A stretch of DNA of 64,000 bases from Gemmatimonadales bacterium (lineage in GTDB: Bacteria > Gemmatimonadota > Gemmatimonadetes > Gemmatimonadales > GWC2-71-9): the NCBI GenBank assembly GCA_041577295.1, contig JBFGJG010000006.1, forward strand, positions 32,001 to 96,000. The letters run 5' to 3'. The translations under genes were made by a program, and so were the position numbers. The notes below the pieces were generated by a model. That model made no database searches and was not told the origin of the DNA. It worked only from the letters and a program-made list of their open reading frames with translations. Below are positions 58,986 through 64,000 of this stretch, in pieces. How positions within the stretch are numbered: the stretch's first letter is position 1; every line of letters begins with the position of its first letter.

Positions 58986-60647
58986 ATGGACACTCCCTTT
59001 TCCTTTGAAATACGGTCGCAACAGCTCGAGGCGATGGCCGCTGAAACGGTCGATCTGCTGATCTTGGGCGGCGGGATTACGGGAGCCGGGATCGCGCGCG
59101 ACGCGGCGATGCGAGGCCTTCGCACCGCCTTGGTCGATAAAGGCGACTTCGCCTGGGGAACTAGTTCCCGAACATGCCGGCTGATTCATGGTGGCTTGCA
59201 CGACCTCGAGCTACGGCACTGGCGACGGGTGTTCGAAGCGAGTCGCGAGCGTCGCGTGTTGCTACGAATCGCACCGCATCTAGTACGTCAGCAGTCCTTC
59301 CTCTTCCCTATCCATGAAGGGGGCCGGGTCACGCGCCTGAAGCTCTTCGCCTGGATGTGGCTCTACGACCTCCTCGCCCTCTTCCGAAACGTGCGCCAGC
59401 ATCGATGGTTGAGCAAGCCGGAGGTCCTGCGCGCCGAGCCGGGATTGAGAATCCGCGGGCTCAAAGGCGGAGCACGCTACGGCGACGCGGTCTGTGACGA
59501 TGCGCGATTGACCCTGGCCACTGTGCGTGATGCGCACCGGCGGGGGGCGTTGGTGGCAAACTACGCGCTGGCAGAGCGGCTCGAAATGGCGGAGGGCCGC
59601 GTTCGTGGCGCCCGGGTGGTCGATCTCACGACCGGGGTGGCTCACACCGTGCGCGCCAAGGTCGTAGTCAATGCGACGGGACCTTGGTCGGACGAGATCC
59701 GCTCCTCGCTCGGTGGCCGGGGTTTGCTGCAGCTGACCAAGGGTGTCCACCTGCTGATACCCCGCACCCGCGTCGGAAACCACGACGCCGTCACGTTTGC
59801 GACGCCGATCGACGGGCGCCTGCTTTTCATTATTCCTCAAGGAGAGCTTACATACATCGGTACGACGGAAACCGACGAGACCGCTCAACCTGATGACGTT
59901 CGTCCGGGAATCGATGACATCATCTACCTGCTGCGGTCCGTGAATGCGGTGTTCCCTGGGGCCCGGCTCACCCCGGATGACGTGCGCACCGCCTGGGCCG
60001 GATTGCTGCCGGGACGAGCGTCGTTTGGCTCGAGCCAGGACAGTGGCGCTGATGATGCCGCCATCATGGAAAGTCACCCCGGCCTGATCACGGTGATCGG
60101 AACGTCTTTGACGATGTATCGGAGTCTCGCTGCGAGAGCAGTTGACCACATCGCGAAGGTGTTACGTGAGTTGGATGGAAGAGAAGCGCCTGCACCGGCG
60201 GGAACCGACCGGCATCCGCTTCCTGGTGGAGAGATACGCGATCCCGATTTGCTCGTGGACGTGGTAGTGCGGGAAGGCATGGCTCGACGTGTGGCCGAGC
60301 ACCTCGTAGGCGCCCACGGCGGGGAGGCGCCTGCGATCGTGCGGATGGCGCTCGAGAACCCCGACTTGGGGCACCCGGTGGTCCGCGGACAGCCCGTGCT
60401 GCGCGCCGAGATCTACCATGCAATCCGGCGAGAGATGGCCGTCACCCTCGCCGATCTCATGATGCGTCGCACCCGCCTCTTTTATGAGGCACCGGATCAC
60501 GCCGTGGCAGTGGCGGCGGAGGTTGCGGCAATCGCCGCAGGGGAGATGGGGTGGGATTCGGAGCGGACCGAATCGGAGTTGGCGGCCTATCGACAGGAAG
60601 TGGCGCGCGTCAACGCCTTCCGGTCCGATCCGACCGACCGCGATTAG
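58986..60647 (+). CDS. glpD: FAD-dependent glycerol-3-phosphate dehydrogenase homolog (divergent active site)
   Basis: [42 protein letters not shown]. Confidence 0.8.
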   Translation: MDTPFSFEIRSQQLEAMAAETVDLLILGGGITGAGIARDAAMRGLRTALVDKGDFAWGTSSRTCRLIHGGLHDLELRHWRRVFEASRERRVLLRIAPHLVRQQSFLFPIHEGGRVTRLKLFAWMWLYDLLALFRNVRQHRWLSKPEVLRAEPGLRIRGLKGGARYGDAVCDDARLTLATVRDAHRRGALVANYALAERLEMAEGRVRGARVVDLTTGVAHTVRAKVVVNATGPWSDEIRSSLGGRGLLQLTKGVHLLIPRTRVGNHDAVTFATPIDGRLLFIIPQGELTYIGTTETDETAQPDDVRPGIDDIIYLLRSVNAVFPGARLTPDDVRTAWAGLLPGRASFGSSQDSGADDAAIMESHPGLITVIGTSLTMYRSLAARAVDHIAKVLRELDGREAPAPAGTDRHPLPGGEIRDPDLLVDVVVREGMARRVAEHLVGAHGGEAPAIVRMALENPDLGHPVVRGQPVLRAEIYHAIRREMAVTLADLMMRRTRLFYEAPDHAVAVAAEVAAIAAGEMGWDSERTESELAAYRQEVARVNAFRSDPTDRD

Positions 60648-61789
60648 GGTTCTACACCGGGCAGGGCCTCTGCCTCCAACCGAGAATCCCGGAAGTCTCG
60701 CGCTTGCCGATAGGCCCTTTTGAGGTACTCCAACACCTCCTCGCGGCGCTCGTACAGTCGTCGGTGGGCTCTGGGTTTCCGCTTGGCCAGCGCGTAGGCC
60801 GTCAGGAGCGGGAGGCCGATGGTCGTGTCGACGTAGCACACCACGGCGTCGGGGAGTTGATCGGGATCGACCTTCCCCCAACTGACGGCTTCACCCGGTG
60901 TGGCGCCCGAGAGACCGCCCGAGTCCACCCGCGCATCGGTTAGCTGAAGGTAGTAATCGTGGCCGCGCTCTTCGATCCCCAGTACTTCTTGAATCTGAGG
61001 TTCGGTTTGCAGCACGAAGTTCTTCGGGCTGCCGCCGCCGACGATGAGGACACCACTCTTGCCTCCGTTGCGCTTCGCGTCGAGCACGATCGCCGCCGTC
61101 TCGTTCACGTCCGCCGACACATCGAACCGCAGCTTGTACCCCTCGATGGCCAGCTCAGCCACGTTCATGCCGATGGACGAGTCCCCGGGCGAGGACGTAT
61201 AAATAGGAACGCCTTGCGCGTGGGCCGTGCCGAGCAAGGACTTGTGTTTCAGACCCAAAACCCGTTCTCGCTCTCGTATGTACCCGCCCAAGCGGTAGTG
61301 ATACTCCGCCGTGCTCATGGAACGTTGGAATTCTTCGCGCTGGGACACGCGTCGAATGAACTCATCGGTGCGAAGGAGCACGCCATAGTCGAAGAAGACG
61401 TCGTAGATCCGCACGACACCGCTCTTGCGGAGCTCGACGTCGTTCGCGAAGGGCGTCCCCCGATGCATGGAGTACCCCAGACCAAAGTGCGCGTCGTGGT
61501 AGAGGTTCGCGCCTGTGGAAACGATCCAATCGACAAACCCAGCCTCGATGAGCGGGATGATGGTGGACATGCCAAGGCCAGCGGGTGTCATCGCGCCCGT
61601 GAGGCTCATGCCAACCGTGGCGTCGTCCGCGAGCATGCGCTCGGCGAACAAATGACACGCCTCCCGAAGTCGCCCAGCATTGTACGCCAAAAATGCGTTA
61701 TCTATGAGGTCCGCAGCCCGGTCGTCACCCGTGATCGGACGCGGGTCGATCGAGCGTCCTTTCAGTAGCTGGCCTTTGTCTTGGGACAT
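60644..61789 (-). CDS. Deoxyhypusine synthase-like protein (possible homospermidine synthase)
   Basis: [43 protein letters not shown]. Confidence 0.88.
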   Translation of the reverse strand: MSQDKGQLLKGRSIDPRPITGDDRAADLIDNAFLAYNAGRLREACHLFAERMLADDATVGMSLTGAMTPAGLGMSTIIPLIEAGFVDWIVSTGANLYHDAHFGLGYSMHRGTPFANDVELRKSGVVRIYDVFFDYGVLLRTDEFIRRVSQREEFQRSMSTAEYHYRLGGYIRERERVLGLKHKSLLGTAHAQGVPIYTSSPGDSSIGMNVAELAIEGYKLRFDVSADVNETAAIVLDAKRNGGKSGVLIVGGGSPKNFVLQTEPQIQEVLGIEERGHDYYLQLTDARVDSGGLSGATPGEAVSWGKVDPDQLPDAVVCYVDTTIGLPLLTAYALAKRKPRAHRRLYERREEVLEYLKRAYRQARDFRDSRLEAEALPGVEP

Positions 61790-61811
61790 CTGCACTTCCT
61801 TTCAAATCACG

Positions 61812-62606
61812 TCAGGCGCGTTCCATTTGCTGCACGAGTCGCCGCCGCCTGGCCTCCACGACAATGTTCACGACCTCGTCTGGGTCGTCGGACACCCGGA
61901 ACGATTGGAGATCCCCCTGCGAGACCTTGCCCTCTTCTGCCGCGACGTCCCGCAACCAGCGAAGGAGTTCGGCCCAGTACTTACTGCCAACGAGGATAAC
62001 TGGAATGTCATGAATGCGCCCGGTTTGCCCGAGCGTGAGTGCCTCGAACAACTCATCGAGGGTCCCGAAGCCACCGGGAAAAAACAGGAATGCCGAAGAG
62101 TACTTCACCAGCATGGTCTTGCGGACGAAGAAGAATCGGAAGTTGACGACCCGGTCGACATACGGATTGGGGCCTCGTGCGTACGGGTAGTCGGGGTCGG
62201 CAAGCTCGATGTTCAAGCCGATCGAAAGCGCGCCCGCTTCTCGAGCGCCCTTGTTCGCCGCCTCCATGATTCCCGGTCCGGCACCGGTGAGAATCGCGAA
62301 GTTGTGCGCGGCAAGCCGTCGGGCCGTTTCCGTTGCCAGCTCGTACATTGGATCGCTAGGGGGTGTGCGGGCAGATCCAAAGATCGACACTGCCGATCGG
62401 ACGTCGGCCAACTCATCGAATCCGGCCACGAACTCTCCCATAATGCGCAAAACGCGCCACGGGTCGGTGTGGGTGAACTCCCGACGTTCGAGCACCGGCG
62501 GCAGCTCGAACAACCGCTCGTCTTCTGTCTGATGCCCAAGCGGCGGTTGTGGAAAACGCTCCCCTGGGACGGGTTGCGGTGGGTCGGTTTTCGGTGGATC
62601 ACTCAT
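61812..62606 (-). CDS. LOG family nucleotide monophosphate nucleosidase (TIGR00730-like)
   Basis: SIFGSAR, GAGPGIMEAAN, FFVRK, PGGFGTLDE. Confidence 0.9.
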   Translation of the reverse strand: MSDPPKTDPPQPVPGERFPQPPLGHQTEDERLFELPPVLERREFTHTDPWRVLRIMGEFVAGFDELADVRSAVSIFGSARTPPSDPMYELATETARRLAAHNFAILTGAGPGIMEAANKGAREAGALSIGLNIELADPDYPYARGPNPYVDRVVNFRFFFVRKTMLVKYSSAFLFFPGGFGTLDELFEALTLGQTGRIHDIPVILVGSKYWAELLRWLRDVAAEEGKVSQGDLQSFRVSDDPDEVVNIVVEARRRRLVQQMERA

Positions 62607-62692
62607 GACATTCTGTCCGCTGTATCCCTCGCTTCTGGCAAGCCGCTGCGCCAATATACAAGCATGTTGAACATCGGTAAGACAAGGGTGCA

Positions 62693-63049
62693 TTGGAAGA
62701 TACGGGAGAGTTGGTGAGCGGGAGCCCTGGCACCCCAGGTTCCCGCGCGGGGACACCTGCTCTCAGCGGGCCGGAGGCGACCGCATACCGACGTAGGGGC
62801 TGGGCATCGCTCACGATCCGCCTGGCCGCTCACGCCCTCGTTCGTCCTCGACTCGCGCTCGACCTGCTCAGGATGCTCTGGGCTTTCCGCAGACGCCGGT
62901 GGCTTCGCGAGTGGCCTTTCTTGCCTTTGCCACCGCCTGATTACGTCCGGTGGCGTATGTACACGGCGTACGGAGACGAGCACGCGGTCCCACCGGTCGA
63001 CGATGTAATTCGTTTCGCACGTTGGCGTCGCGAGGTCATGCACCTATGA
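62693..63049 (+). CDS. Hypothetical protein
   Basis: WPFLPLPPPDYVRWRMYTAYG; ATGA overlap with queG. Start uncertain. Confidence 0.7.
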   Translation: MEDTGELVSGSPGTPGSRAGTPALSGPEATAYRRRGWASLTIRLAAHALVRPRLALDLLRMLWAFRRRRWLREWPFLPLPPPDYVRWRMYTAYGDEHAVPPVDDVIRFARWRREVMHL

Positions 63050-64000
63050 CTCCGGAGCGCCTTGCGTCGCAGGTCAAAGCGCGTGCGCTCGAACTCGGAT
63101 TCGACACCGTCGGGATTACGGACCTGGCACCACCGCCTCACGCCGATTCGCTCGCGCGCTGGTTGGAGGCGGGGATGGACGGAACTATGGCTTACATGCG
63201 TCGCCAGGCGTCGCGCCGCATCGAACCCGCCACTATCGCATTGGGCACCCATTGTGCCGTCATCGTTACGAAGAACCACTACCAGGCCGATCCCCACCCC
63301 CATCCCGGTACCGGACGTGTCGCGAAATACGCGCGCGGGCTCGATTACCACCGTGCGCTCGAGCCCGCACTCCGAGCGCTCGCCGACCACCTGAGAGCGC
63401 TGGGTGCACAGATCGCGCGATGGTACGTCGATCATGGACCCGTTCCGGAACGCGAGTTGGCGCAACGTGCCGGCCTCGGATGGATTGGAAAGAACACGAT
63501 GCTCATCGATCCGCACCGTGGATCGCATCTGTTTCTGGCAAGCGTGCTCACGGATCTTGACTTGGCTCTCGACGACCCGTTCGAAGCCGACCGCTGTGGC
63601 AGCTGCGTGCGATGCCTCGAGGCCTGTCCGACCGGAGCCTTTCCCGACGCTCGTGTTCTCGACAGCCGCCGGTGCATCTCCTACCTAACCATCGAGCACC
63701 GGGGCGAGATCGATCCAGCGCTGCAGCATCTGATGGAAGACTGGGTCTTTGGATGTGATATCTGTCAGGACGTGTGCCCTTGGAACGTAAAATTCGCCAC
63801 CGAAGACCGTGGCGAGCTCCTCGAGAACGACCCGACGATGGCGTCGCTCGATCTGCGCGAGCTCGCGACCATATCTGATGAAGGCTTTGATCGCCGCTAT
63901 GGGCACACCGCGTTGGAGCGTCCTGGCGCCGTGGGGATACGCCGCAACGCCACCATCGCGATGCATAACACCTCGACCGAGGAGGCTCCGTGGCCGACGT
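63046..64000 (+). CDS. queG: Epoxyqueuosine reductase (3' end beyond window)
   Basis: Not in the ORF track. YARGLDYH, AGLGWIGKN, CGSCVRCLEACPTGA, RCISYLTIE, FGCDICQDVCPWN. Confidence 0.95.
   Translation, partial: MTPERLASQVKARALELGFDTVGITDLAPPPHADSLARWLEAGMDGTMAYMRRQASRRIEPATIALGTHCAVIVTKNHYQADPHPHPGTGRVAKYARGLDYHRALEPALRALADHLRALGAQIARWYVDHGPVPERELAQRAGLGWIGKNTMLIDPHRGSHLFLASVLTDLDLALDDPFEADRCGSCVRCLEACPTGAFPDARVLDSRRCISYLTIEHRGEIDPALQHLMEDWVFGCDICQDVCPWNVKFATEDRGELLENDPTMASLDLRELATISDEGFDRRYGHTALERPGAVGIRRNATIAMHNTSTEEAPWPT

Overview
GC-rich bacterial chromosomal window, mostly housekeeping genes. The gene repertoire and protein style suggest Gemmatimonadota (inference, not verified). I found no rRNA, tRNA, CRISPR array or mobile element. 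Main observations: (1) A DNA-damage/mutasome island at about 3.4-10.7 kb: small Zn-ribbon ORF, SplB-like radical SAM, DUF72, imuB, DUF6504-like gene and dnaE2, with no imuA. Both forward promoters are overlapped by the same direct repeat TTCGG-N6-TTCGG, a candidate lineage-specific SOS operator. (2) A SelW/Rdx-family selenoprotein missed by the ORF track (31092-31322, minus strand), with CVVU at an in-frame TGA and a SECIS-like hairpin, heading a run with pfkA and a helicase whose motifs are in unusual order. (3) Five intergenic 25-bp quasi-palindromes of identical span. (4) Full-length GlpD-like and M28 enzymes with substituted active-site residues. The rest includes nptA/phoU, TAXI-TRAP, ispH, mgtE, an MCP, OmpA, a fused aconitase-family dehydratase, lon, a Ser/Thr kinase, a fused E1 dehydrogenase, rsgA, proline dehydrogenase, fadIJ, a DHS-like gene, LOG and a partial queG.
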